A DNA stretch of 64,000 nt from an uncultured Candidatus Peribacteria bacterium (GCA_964470525.1 CAYYDE010000001.1:128447-192446); one strand, 5' to 3'. Counted from the stretch's first letter, positions 48,399-58,680 are shown. Notes: a model not told the origin generated them from the sequence alone. Program-made: numbers and translations.

Positions 48399-48474
48399 GC
48401 ACTTATAGCTCAGTTGGAAGAGTACCAGGCCGCGGACCTGGGGGTCGTGGGTTCGAGCCCTGCTGAGTGCACCA
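48399..48474 (+). tRNA. tRNA-Arg-like, anticodon loop CCGCGGA (formal anticodon GCG, C at position 33), CCA encoded
   Basis: GCACTTATAGCTCAGTTGGAAGAGTACCAGGCCGCGGACCTGGGGGTCGTGGGTTCGAGCCCTGCTGAGTGCACCA. A canonical 76-nt cloverleaf whose body resembles bacterial tRNA-Arg(ACG). The anticodon stem CCAGG/CCTGG is perfect. Confidence 0.85.
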
Positions 48475-48489
48475 TTTTTGATAACAAGT

Positions 48490-48530
48490 AAAAGCACTGC
48501 CAAGATTATACTCTTGGTAGTGCTTTTTTG
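48490..48530 (+). terminator. Rho-independent terminator after tRNA-Arg
   Basis: agcactgccaaga / tcttggtagtgct 13-bp stem (one G-U), then TTTTT. Confidence 0.7.
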
Positions 48531-48540
48531 TGTCTTTTTC

Positions 48541-48569
48541 TTGCAATTTTTATGCATATATGATACACT
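48541..48569 (+). promoter_or_regulatory. Putative promoter of the kinase-like cassette
   Basis: TTGCAA (48541-48546), 17-nt spacer, TACACT (48564-48569). It lies about 30 nt before ATG 48599. Confidence 0.35.
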
Positions 48570-48598
48570 TTTGTTCAATACTTTTAAATTTTTTCACC

Positions 48599-50224
48599 AT
48601 GCCAGAAAGTTTTTAAAGATATAATGAATATATTGAAGAAATAGATGTAAAATGAGATGGAATTCCCGATTGATATAATGAAAATCTTATAAAAGACAAA
48701 GCAAGAGCATATGTAGAAAAAAACATCCAAGAATGAATCACACATGAAGCATATGAAATATTATTGCAAAACATAAAAACCCTCCTTGAAAGACAAGATG
48801 CAGAAAAAATAAATATAAGAGAAGTATTAGAACAACAAGTATGTAAAGAAACCAGAGAATCATTAAATAAAGAAGCACTGATTGTCGAAGCAAAAACAGT
48901 AGTATACGAAAAATGTTGAATAGAAGAAAAAGAGGAAAGAAATTCCAAACCAAAACAATTTCTGAAATGAATAGTAGATCTTCTCATCATAGACAATGAT
49001 GATTTAGCCATAGAAATCTATGAAACCAATGGAAAAGTTATCATAGAAGCACTGAAACAATTGATGAGTTGGGAATGAATAAAACAAATGGCAAAAGCGA
49101 TAGGAGAAAGTATTATGAACTTATTCACCTGAAATGCCTATGAAAAATGAAAAGCAGTTTGAGAATTAGGATTAGTGTGAACTGGAATCTGAGTAACAGC
49201 AGTTCTTTGAAAGAAAGCAATAAAAGTTTGAATGAAAGAAATAGCTAAACGTAGAAACAAGAAAGAACACAGTGTTTGAGATCCTGAGATGAAAGAAGTG
49301 ATTCTTGATACAAGAAGCAAGATTGATGAAATTATACCAAAACAAGAGCTGGATGTTGAAAAAATATTAGCAGAAAATCTTGCAAAATTGTGAGATATTG
49401 ATAGAATGAAAGCTGGAGCAAATCATAATGAAATAAGAACAATTATGGAAAAATGAAGTTGAAAAAAAGAAAGATTGTCAGGTTGATGAACATCTTTGTT
49501 AGATAAACCAGAATTTCGTTTTTTAAATAATCCTGAATATAAAGAATTATTGGACTTATATTGATGAAATATAGATATTGAAAAGTTGTTATGAGAGTGA
49601 CAAAATGCTATCATTTTACAACACCCTCACAAATGAAATAGAGTTTTGAAAATTGCTAAAGAATGAGCAAGAGATGATATCATTCAAGAATTTGATAACC
49701 ATCAAAAATTTTATGAAACATTGGAGCAATGAAGAATTGATTTTCCCTGACAATTAGGTGAGAATGTAAAAATTCCTGTTGTGAGAAAAGGAAATTGAAA
49801 GAATCCCATATATTTTGAAATGGAAAGAATCCATTGACAAAGTTTTAAGAGTTTATTTTACAGAGAAAAATACGCATCTCAATTAGAAAAAATATATTCT
49901 CAAGAAGAATTGAGAAAGATAAGCGATGCAAAATTAGAAAGAGTGGTTGAAGAGTTATGATGAGATATAATTCCAAGAATTATTGTGGCATGAGATGGAT
50001 GATTTTCTAAAGCATTATTCAATGAATCTCAAGCATTTATGTGGAACAAAATCAGAGATCCTCTCAAAAAACAAGAATATGAATTATGAAATACTTTAAG
50101 TTTTTTAGATTGGAAATGACTCAAACATACTGATATGCATAGTTGAAACTTTATGGTTTCAAGAGACTGAAAAACTACATACATAATAGATTTTTGAAAT
50201 ACAAATTTAGACCCTAATAAATAA
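48599..50224 (+). CDS. Two-part protein: charged/Gly-zipper N-terminal half plus C-terminal protein-kinase-fold domain. The ORF is open 48617-50224 and the only upstream ATG (48599) is separated from it by an in-frame TAA (48614-48616)
   Basis: Code-25 translation, checked codon by codon, is open for 535 codons. Kinase motifs are LLGEGQNAI, VLKIAK (49643-49660), HTDMHSGN (50126-50149) and IIDFG (DFG 50189-50197, with G as TGA). A hydrophobic GELGLVGTGIGVTAVLG lies near 49.16-49.21 kb. Confidence 0.6.
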
Positions 50225-50226
50225 AT

Positions 50227-50733
50227 ATGAGTAATAATATTTTAAATAGTCAAAATAGAAATTGCATTATCAACTGATTTACAACTATCAATGATATTTG
50301 AAATTTAAGTGAAACCTTTTTAAATGACATAGCAAGGTCTTTTCATTGAATTTGATATTATAAAGATATACTCACACAATGAATAATTTTTTGATGAAAA
50401 AACTTTTATAATTATTGAGATGATATTTTTATGTTTGAATATGCTTCTTTGGAACAGTTACAACACGACTCTGCAAATTGGAAAAAAAGATGTAAAAAGA
50501 AAAATTCTCTTACCTCTGAAACTATTGATGAAAAACAAATTTTAGAATCATCTTGATATTTTGAGTTCAATTGAAAGTTTTATTTATTATGATTATTATA
50601 TCAAGATATAAATGATGATGATAATGATGAAAGGAAGTGAGTTTATAAATGAGTCATTATAAATTCAGATACATATTTTAAAGTAGAAGATGAAGCAAAA
50701 AAAATTGCTTGAGAAATAGGAGATGTTTTATAA
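50227..50733 (+). CDS. Small partner protein (168 aa) of the kinase-like gene; candidate immunity/antitoxin
   Basis: ATG 50227 lies 2 nt after the upstream stop (50222-50224). TAA 50731-50733. MSNNILNSQNRNCIINGFTT..., with an acidic DINDDDNDE patch. No family recognised. Confidence 0.5.
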
Positions 50734-50809
50734 TTATGAAACAAAAAATGTAATTATTCAAAGATAAAACTACTATTGAGACAAAAAAATCAATGTCTTA
50801 TATTATAAT

Positions 50810-50842
50810 AAAAACCATTTTATAAAATGGTTTTTATTTTTT
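50810..50842. terminator. Bidirectional hairpin terminator closing the cassette
   Basis: aaaaaccattt / aaatggttttt stem with loop tata, then a T-run. It overlaps the stop of the convergent gene. Confidence 0.65.
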
Positions 50843-51391
50843 CCCCTTTTTTCTCCAAAATATTCCTATTCACAAAACACTCACAAATATTCCAATAACA
50901 AAAAAAAGAATATTTTTTGAACTTTTCTCGTTTTCTATTCTATTATCTACTCACTCATCATCATAAGAAATAATTTTATCTTGAAATGCATATAAATCTT
51001 CAGAAGCATTTTCAAAAATATTCGTTCGAGAACACAAAGAAACCCTTTGATTTTCTGGTTCTCAATATGTGTAAACAATGTATTTTGTCCCTATTTCAAA
51101 ATTATATCCACAAGACGCACTACTTGATTCTGTATGAATCGTCTGATATCTATTATATTCTCACTTTACCACATCTGAAACTTGAAATTTTACTTCTTTT
51201 TCACGCATATCAGAAAATAGTTTTCATTTTTTTTCATTCACTCATTGAACTGTTCCCATAAAAACTCCCGTTGCTTTTTCCAGTGAAATTTCTGGAGATT
51301 CTGGAGAAATACATGAACAAGCGAAAGTTTGCGCTCAAAACATACCAAAAGATAAAGAAACAAGCAAAGACTTTACTATAATTTTTTTCAT
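50834..51391 (-). CDS. Secreted TIMP/NTR-like (Cys-x-Cys N-terminus) protein with C-terminal TM anchor
   Basis: ATG 51391, TAA 50834-50836 (185 aa). A signal peptide, then ACSCISPESPE...VFMGTV...ASCGYNFEIGTKYIVY...SLCSRT, the pattern of bacterial TIMP-like proteins. The C-terminus is ILFFVIGIFVSVLGIGIFWRKKGKK. Confidence 0.55.
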
Positions 51392-51469
51392 TTTTTTTAT
51401 ACATTAAAAAATACATCTCTCTCAATAGAACTTTTTATAGAAAAAAACGTGACATTTCATAAATAACTT

Positions 51470-51946
51470 CTACTTTTCCCTTTTTGAAAATTCGCGTATT
51501 AAATCAATTCATCAAATTTTTTGTACTTTTTGTACATAATTATGAGGAAAATATTGTGATTCTATTCATGAAATGAAAAATACATTTTTCCCAGCAAATC
51601 CTGTAAGATGCAAATTTCAAGAAAAACTCAATCCAGTTGAAGTATTTTCAAACAGCATTCCTGTTGAGTTTTCATTTTCAAAATATATAATTGTTCCAGT
51701 AGATGAGTGAAGAGTAAATGAAGTATTTTGTGGAAATTCTGCTTGAAATGTTTCATTTTTTCCTAAAGTATGAGAAAAATTTTCTGAAAAAAGAAATTTT
51801 TCTTCAATTTGTCCCAAATCTCTTCACTCAATATCCTTTGTCACAGCTGATTGAATAGACATATTGATAGAAAAAAATGCACTCAATACAAAAAACATTA
51901 AAAACAAAGTCCAAATCAAAATAGATCATCTTTTATTTGTCTTCAT
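51470..51946 (-). CDS. Putative minor pilin / PilX-N-like pseudopilin
   Basis: ATG 51946, TAG 51470-51472 (158 aa; tail checked codon by codon). MKTNKRGSILIWTLFLMFFVLSAFF resembles GspK/PilX/ComGG-type N-termini. It is divergent from pilB. Confidence 0.5.
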
Positions 51947-52012
51947 ATATTTGCAATAAATAAAGAAATACGATATAATATTTGTAATATAGTTTGTTAA
52001 TTTTTCTCAAAA

Positions 52013-53311
52013 ATGCAAGAAAATAAATCAAATCAAGAAGATTTAAAAGAAAAAGTCCTTTCTCAAGAACAAAAAAAGACCTATAAATCCGAAAAATTTG
52101 CACAACTCGAGCAAATCGTAAAATCATATCTTGCCAAACAAGATACAGATAATACGCTCAAAAATATTACCCTTTGAGCCATGAAACTCTGAAGTTCAGA
52201 TATTCACTATGATAATTATGAACATTTTACTATTTTGCGTTTTAGAATTGATGGAATTTTAGTAGATATTTTTCAGCTTGAAAAAAAGGAATATAAACTC
52301 CTTTTAGAAAGAATTAAACATGCTGGAAATATGAAACTCAATATCACCAATATTCCTCAAGATGGAAAATACACTCTTGATATGGAAGATTCTAAAGTTG
52401 ATGTGAGAATTTCTTCTCTTCCAACTCCATATTGAGAAAATCTTGTGTGTAGAATTTTGGACTCAAAAAAAGCAATTATTGATTTTGAAGAACTTGGTTT
52501 TTTCTGGACTTCAAAAAGAATGCTCGAAAAAGCAATTACTAAAAAAAATGGAATGATTCTTGTAACTTGACCAACTGGTTCAGGGAAAACAACGACTCTT
52601 TACACCGTTCTTTCAAAACTCAATACCAGAGAAAAAAAAGTTATCACTCTTGAAGATCCTATCGAATATCAACTTCCATGAATTATTCAATCCGAAGTGA
52701 ATGAAAAAAATGGATATACGTATCAAATGTGACTCAAAGCACTTCTCAGACAAGATCCAGATATTATCATGCTTGGAGAGATCAGAGATGCTGATACGCT
52801 CAATATTGCTACACAAGCAAGTCTCACTGGGCATCTTGTACTTTCAACACTCCATACAAAAAGCGCTTCTGATACACTTGATCGTATTATAAACATGTGA
52901 CTCAAACCATATATTCTTGCATCAAGTCTTGATACGATTATTGCACAACGACTCGTGAGAAAAATTTGTCCTCATTGTAAACAAGAAGGAGAAAAAACCA
53001 TGGAAGAATCAAAACTCATTAAAGAAATGATGAAAGAAATTGGTATGAAATCGGTAAAAACTGAAAATATTAAACTTTATTCTTGACTTTGATGTGATCA
53101 TTGTAATAATAGTTGATACAAAGGAAGAATTGGAATTTATGAAATAATTTCATTAAATGAAACACTTCGTAATATGATTCGTGAATGATCAACCACACAA
53201 GAAATCATTGATGAAGCAAGAAATATGGATATGATCACCATGAAAGAAGACGGTATTTTAAAAGCCATGAAATGATACACTACCCTTCAAGAAGTGATCC
53301 GTGTTGTATAA
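52013..53311 (+). CDS. pilB: Type IV pilus assembly / type II secretion ATPase (PilB/GspE family)
   Basis: ATG 52013, TAA 53309-53311 (432 aa). Walker [12 protein letters not shown] (first G is TGA 52568-52570), Asp box, Walker [10 protein letters not shown], His box [12 protein letters not shown] and a tetracysteine CPHC...CDHC. Confidence 0.9.
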
Positions 53312-53321
53312 TAGAATAATT

Positions 53322-54182
53322 ATGAAAAAAATATTTTTATTGATTTTTGTTTGATATATATGCTGAAACATTTCGTATGTTTCAGCTGAAAACTGTGAAC
53401 AAAAATCACTTTTTGAAAAATGGGAATGTCAAGTCAATACTGTTTGTGAAACCTACAAGGTAAATACCGTTTCTTTTAATCCAGAAGCATATCAATCTGC
53501 TGAAATATACCAAGAAAGAGGATGATTGAATATACACACTTTTCTCATCAGTAATAGTCCTCTCAAACCTATTCAAAAAGCAGTTTGAGTGTACAAAGAT
53601 AATATGAATAATATCTATAATTGTGCAATGATTCAGACACAAATAAATACGCTCAATACGACAAAAGATAAACTTCTCAAATATGATTCATCTGGAGAAA
53701 TAAAAAGTAGAACTGAACCAAAAATTACACAACTTTTACAGAGACTCAATCTTCAATCACAACAATTCAAATGTACCAGTATTGATAAAAATATGATCAG
53801 AAAAGAAAATATTCTCAAAGAAGTAACCTATGAGACTTGTAAATATGATTTTTATCTTGAATATCTCAAAGAGCATTATAGTGATGTAAAAAATGTTTTA
53901 TGAATTGGTGATAATATAGATGAAAACAAACCTTTTCTCATTCCACAAGTTGTAGATACTCAAGCAAATATTCTCAATAATATTGAACAAGAAAGAATAC
54001 ATGCTTACAAGACTTTCCCTGTTTCATTTCAAGCCTACTGAGAATATGAAAATAATTTTATTCTTCATTTTCTATTAGAAATTATTCGTAATGATTTCAT
54101 CATTTTTCGAGAAAAACTCCATCAAGCGCTTACTCCAATGAATCAACTTGTCTATAAAATAAGTAATGTAATGAAAAAATAA
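53322..54182 (+). CDS. Hypothetical secreted Cys-containing protein (286 aa)
   Basis: ATG 53322, TAA 54180-54182. Signal peptide MKKIFLLIFVGYICGNISYVSA. Fragment 53589-53903 is in the same frame. It lies immediately downstream of pilB. Confidence 0.55.
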
Positions 54183-54210
54183 AAAAATCGAGAAAATCTC
54201 GATTTTTTTT
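54181..54210. terminator. Bidirectional hairpin terminator
   Basis: atcgaga / tctcgat stem with A/T flanks. Confidence 0.7.
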
Positions 54211-55357
54211 AATCTACATAAATATATCATCTAATTGCTGGATCACTTTTTGGTACTTTTCTTACCGTTACTTCATTAAGTTTACGATAATTCATATCTG
54301 ATACAATAATATGATCTGATTGAACATCAATAACGATACCAACGTGTCCATATACTGGATTATATCATCTTCATTGAAATACAACAATTGATCCTAATGT
54401 TGCATCTTTTCCTGTAGCAGTTCATTTTGCTTGAGCATTTCTTAACCATTGATTTGCATTTCCTCACCAATTTACATTTTTATATTGAGCAACATACCAA
54501 GTACAATTTCCCCAATAAAATGTCCATTGTGGTTGTCTTTTCACCAATTGATATACTCATTGAGTATTTACAAATTCTGATTGAGCTGCTGCTGCAAAAC
54601 TATATCAACCTTGAGTATTTGTATTTGAAGATGAAGCAGAAGCAGTTCTTGGAGAAGAAGTATTTGTTTGAGAAGTTGGTGTTTGTGCAACAACTTGTTT
54701 TGGAGGTTCTACTTTTTTCACAGCTCCTGGTATCATAATACTATCTCATTTTCTGAGAAGTGCTCCTCTGATTAAATTATTTTGTTCAAGGATTTCATCT
54801 TCTGGAACTCAGTATTTTCTTGCAATTCCTCAAAGTGTATCTCAAGAAACAATAGTATGTACGAGTCATGATACTGGTGGAACTTTAATTTTTTCTCCAG
54901 GTTTGAGCGTTTTATTACTTGCAAAATTATTTGCCCATAAAATAGTATTTACAGAAACTCCATATCTTGCGGCAATAGTAGAAAATGAATCTCCTGATTG
55001 CACTTCATATGTAATAATTTCATTATATCCTGTCATATCTCTTTTATTTTCTAAAAGCATATTCACAGATAAAAATGAGTCCTGAGAAATAAATACTTTT
55101 CTCCCAATACCATCCTCTCCTTCTAAATACGAATCAATAATTGTACTTTCATCAATATAATAATCATAATATGAATATTCATAAAAATACGATGAAAAAA
55201 GTGGATATACTGGAAATAAAAACACAACAAAAAATAGAACAATATGATAGTTAAATTTATGGTATAAAGATCTAAAAGGATGAATCTGTGAAATGTTATT
55301 TTTAATAACTCTTGAATGTCTTTCGATTCTCGCTTTTAAATTAACATTGGAGACCAT
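54209..55357 (-). CDS. Peptidoglycan hydrolase with two LysM domains and a C-terminal CHAP/NlpC-P60-like domain
   Basis: ATG 55357, TAA 54209-54211 (382 aa). YEVQSGDSFSTIAARYGVSVNTILWANN and HTIVSGDTLGGIARKYGV are LysM domains. GNCTWYVAQ...GHVGIV is the Cys/His catalytic pair. Confidence 0.85.
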
Positions 55358-55474
55358 GAAAATAGTTTAAAATATAAAGAGATTTTTCATAATTTTACAT
55401 AATATTCATTATTATTATGAAAAACCTTGGAATAAAAAAAGGCAGTATAATAATACCCCTCCTTTTTTTATTTA

Positions 55475-55786
55475 TTATGCAATATTAAGTACTTCAACTT
55501 TTGTAAGATGAGGTCTGAAACCAGTATTTCTTGCATATCTTTTTTTAGATTTCATTTTAAATACTCTTACTTTTTCTCATTTAAATTGATCTACTACTTT
55601 TAATTCAATTTTTGATCCAGCAACAGTTGGAGTTCCTACTTGAAGAGCATTCCCATCTTCATCAGAAACAAGAAGTGCTTCTACTGAAAAACTGTCATTA
55701 ATTTCTTTTGCTAATTTTTTTACATCAATTACATCACCTTTTCTTACAATAAATTGATTTCCTCCTAATTCTATAACTGCTAACAT
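55475..55786 (-). CDS. rplU: 50S ribosomal protein L21
   Basis: ATG 55786, TAA 55475-55477 (103 aa). MLAVIELGGNQFIVRKGDVIDV...FKMKSKKRYARNTGFRPHLTKVEV. Confidence 0.9.
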
Positions 55787-55889
55787 AACAATAATAATAT
55801 TAAAAAATTAAAAATTAAGTATTACTCATGTAAAACTTAAAAAATAAAAACCCAAATTTTTCTTATTTTTTAATTTTTATTCACGTCTT

Positions 55890-55916
55890 ATTATACTTAA
55901 TTCTTGTTGTTGTCAA
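55890..55916 (-). promoter_or_regulatory. Putative promoter of rplU
   Basis: The minus strand reads TTGACA (55916-55911), a 15-nt spacer, then TATAAT (55895-55890). Both hexamers are perfect but the spacer is short. Confidence 0.35.
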
Positions 55917-55957
55917 ATTTGTTTCTGTGATTTTACTCACTTTCATAATCTTAAAAA

Positions 55958-56033
55958 TGGCTGGGGTAGTAGGATTCGAACCTACGGAATGGCGGAGTCA
56001 AAGTCCGCTGCCTTACCACTTGGCTATACCCCA
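55958..56033 (-). tRNA. tRNA-Gln (anticodon TTG), CCA encoded
   Basis: Minus strand TGGGGTATAGCCAAGTGGTAAGGCAGCGGACTTTGACTCCGCCATTCCGTAGGTTCGAATCCTACTACCCCAGCCA. Its D and T arms are identical to those of tRNA-Gln(CTG). Confidence 0.92.
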
Positions 56034-56150
56034 ATAATTTGAAAGCTTCCATATTATATAGATAGTAAAAAAAAGTCAAAATCTTTTTTGATTTTTTTTA
56101 GAAAATTCGTATATTATCCGCGTCTTTATATTATATGGTAATTTTTTTAT

Positions 56151-56636
56151 ATGTTGTGAATCGTACAATTTTTACAAAAAAGACCAAGTGATAAAGCAAT
56201 TCGTTTGACAAGAATTGTTTTTGGTCTGATTTTAATCTCTTCTTTATATTATAATCTTATTTTTCTTTGAAAAAATGTAGATGTAACTTTTTTTGATTTT
56301 AGTTTCTTTGGATTTGTATTAACTCAAGGTTTTACACTTTGAGAAACTGGAGCTCTCATTTTTAAATATATTCTTGTATCGCTTGGGCTTATTCCTCTCA
56401 TCAAATGAGTGACTGATATATGTCTTATCAAACAAAAATATATCAGAATTTTTCAAATAATTTTTGCAATTGTATTATTTTATATTGCTGGAATTATTGA
56501 AGAAAGTCCAACTCTTGATATTGATGTGCTTATTTGATTGATGTGAATTCTTCCATTACTTGCTGGAATCACTGGAAAAGCAACTACAAAAAAATGTCTT
56601 AACTATTGAGAAAAAATCACAAAAATTAGAGTATAA
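56151..56636 (+). CDS. DUF2892/YgaP-like small membrane protein
   Basis: ATG 56151, TAA 56634-56636 (161 aa). The N-terminal SDKAIRLTRIVFGLILI pattern is followed by hydrophobic helices. Confidence 0.55.
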
Positions 56637-56664
56637 AAAAAGAACTTTTTCAAGTTCTTTTTTA
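56635..56664. terminator. Bidirectional hairpin terminator
   Basis: aaagaactt / aagttcttt stem with A/T flanks. Confidence 0.7.
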
Positions 56665-57744
56665 ATTGAGTCATTCTTTTACTAATTTTGGATTATTTGC
56701 ATATTTGAGTCATTCTTCTTCAGAAATATATCACATATTGATCAAATCAATAATATCTTTTTCTAATATTTGCATTCATTCCCTACTTCCCATTTGCATT
56801 ACTGAAGGAATTTGATGTAAATCATTTTCACGAATCAAATTTGAAATCGCAGGAGTACGAACCAAAATTTCTTTTACCATTTTTACTCCAGTTCCATCAC
56901 TTGCTTTTAGAAGTCTTTGCGAAAAAACTCATATCAACGAATCTGCAAGTTGAAGACGAATTTGATTTTGTTGTCATGATTCAAAACTATCAATTACACG
57001 AGAAATCGTTTGATATGCTGAACGAGTATGCAGTGTTGAAAATACTAAATGTCCTGTTTCAGCGAGTGTAAGAGCCATTTCAATTTCTTCTGTAGTTCTC
57101 ATTTCTCAAAATAATATTACCTGTGGATTTTGTCTCATTGCTCAAGCAAGTGCTGTTTTATAATCTGGAACATCTTTTCCAATTTCTTTCTGTTCAACAA
57201 TTGAATTTTTATGAGGATGAAGATATTCTACTGGATCTTCAATAGTAATAATATGTTTATTAGAATTTTCATTGATATGATGAATCATAGAAGCAAGTGT
57301 TGTTGATTTTCATGAACCTGTTGGACCAGTTACCAAAATCAATCATTGTCAAACTTTGGTAATTTCCTTATAAATAGGAGGAAGATTTAAATCATCAATA
57401 GAAGGAATTTTATTTCATAATAAACGAATCACAACCATATAATATCCCATTTGAAATGAAATATTCACCCTAAATCTACGTCCAGAAAAAGTAAATGCAA
57501 AGTCTAAATTTTTTTCAAGAAGTAATTTATTACGTTGAGATTCTGTCATAATTGATTCTGCAAAGCTCTGAGTTCCTTGCGCATCAAGAGATGGTACTCA
57601 CTCATTTATTTTTACAATATCCCCTCAAATTTTTATAGATGGGTATGTTCCAACGGTAATATACATATCACTTCCCTCATTATCAATCATCACTTGTAAT
57701 AATTGATCTCTTAAAATATATTGTTCTTGAATGCTTCATTTCAT
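56662..57744 (-). CDS. pilT: Type IV pilus retraction ATPase PilT
   Basis: ATG 57744, TAA 56662-56664 (360 aa). GSDMYITVG, Walker A VTGPTGSGKSTT, ITIEDPVEY, FGEMRT and ETGHLVFSTLHT are present. Confidence 0.92.
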
Positions 57745-57860
57745 ATTTTTGAAATGTAAAAATATAAATACTAAAATGTGGAAAAATTATACCATAATTT
57801 CTCATTTTTTGCAAAATTTTCACAAAAAATCTCACAATTTATTCTTGTGAGATTTTATTT

Positions 57861-58499
57861 TTACAATTTCTCCAAATTAAACACATCTACAACCTTTCCA
57901 TTTATCAACACATCATCGCTGTGAGAAAGTACGATTGGTTTATGATAAGAATCTTTTGATTTCGGTAAAAGATAGAGATTTTTTCATTCTTTTTTTGGTA
58001 CTTTTATAGTTGCTGCATTATCAACAATAAAAAGGAATGCATCTTTTGTATTGATATTTTTCTCTTTTTTAGAAATCAAAACATAACTTCCATTTTCTAC
58101 ATATTTTCCATTTACAACAAAATCATTCATAGATGTTCCTTCTACTTTCACAATAAAATATTCTGCAGAATTTCCAGAAATAATTGTTTTTGAAATAGGA
58201 AGTGATCCATAATCTTCTTGTTCCGCAATACTCAAAGGTTTTCAAGCATTTGCAACTCATAAAATAGGAATTAAAAGCATAGTTTGAAATCCAACTCCAT
58301 TTCCCAAACGAATACTTCTAAAACCAGAACTTCTTGTAATAAATCATTTTTTTTCTAAAGCTTCTAAATATTGAACGACTCATCTTTTTGATTTTTGTTC
58401 AGTTAAATTTTGTAATTCTTCAATCGTTGGAGATTTTCCATATCTTCCAATAAAATCAGTAATAATATCAAGAACTTTTTGTTGTTTATCTGTAAGCAT
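57861..58499 (-). CDS. lexA: LexA repressor (S24 peptidase)
   Basis: ATG 58499, TAA 57861-57863 (212 aa). wHTH LTDKQQKVLDIITDFIGRYGKSPTIEELQ...YLEALEKKGFI, cleavage site VANAG/KP, Ser in VEGTSM and Lys in ATIKV. Confidence 0.85.
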
Positions 58500-58680
58500 A
58501 GCATGTATAAATTATCCAAATAAAATAATCATATGCAAAAATTATTATATATTTTTTCCTTATAATGTCAAAAAATATATATATTTTGTTATATTTTTTA
58601 TATAATTTTAATATGTTTTTTCTTATCAGGATGAGAAAGAAAACACTTTATAAAATAAAGCTTTTTACTTGAAAATGAAA

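Noticed and set aside
48613-49011. 132-aa and nested 71-aa minus-strand ORFs.
   Set aside because: They are antisense to the purine-rich kinase-like ORF. Their pyrimidine-rich translation (Ser/Phe/Leu runs) is what such an antisense strand produces, and no motif is present.
44962-50842. An intact integrated mobile element (integrase, transposase, phage genes) in the tRNA-rich islet.
   Set aside because: I read both strands with code 25 and found no tyrosine or serine recombinase, transposase or phage structural motifs. Only scars (the 27-nt repeat) and accessory cargo remain.
58500-58680. LexA operator (SOS box) upstream of lexA.
   Set aside because: I found no clear palindrome of the CTGT-N8-ACAG or CGAAC-N4-GTTCG types. 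The operator consensus for this lineage is unknown to me, so nothing can be asserted.
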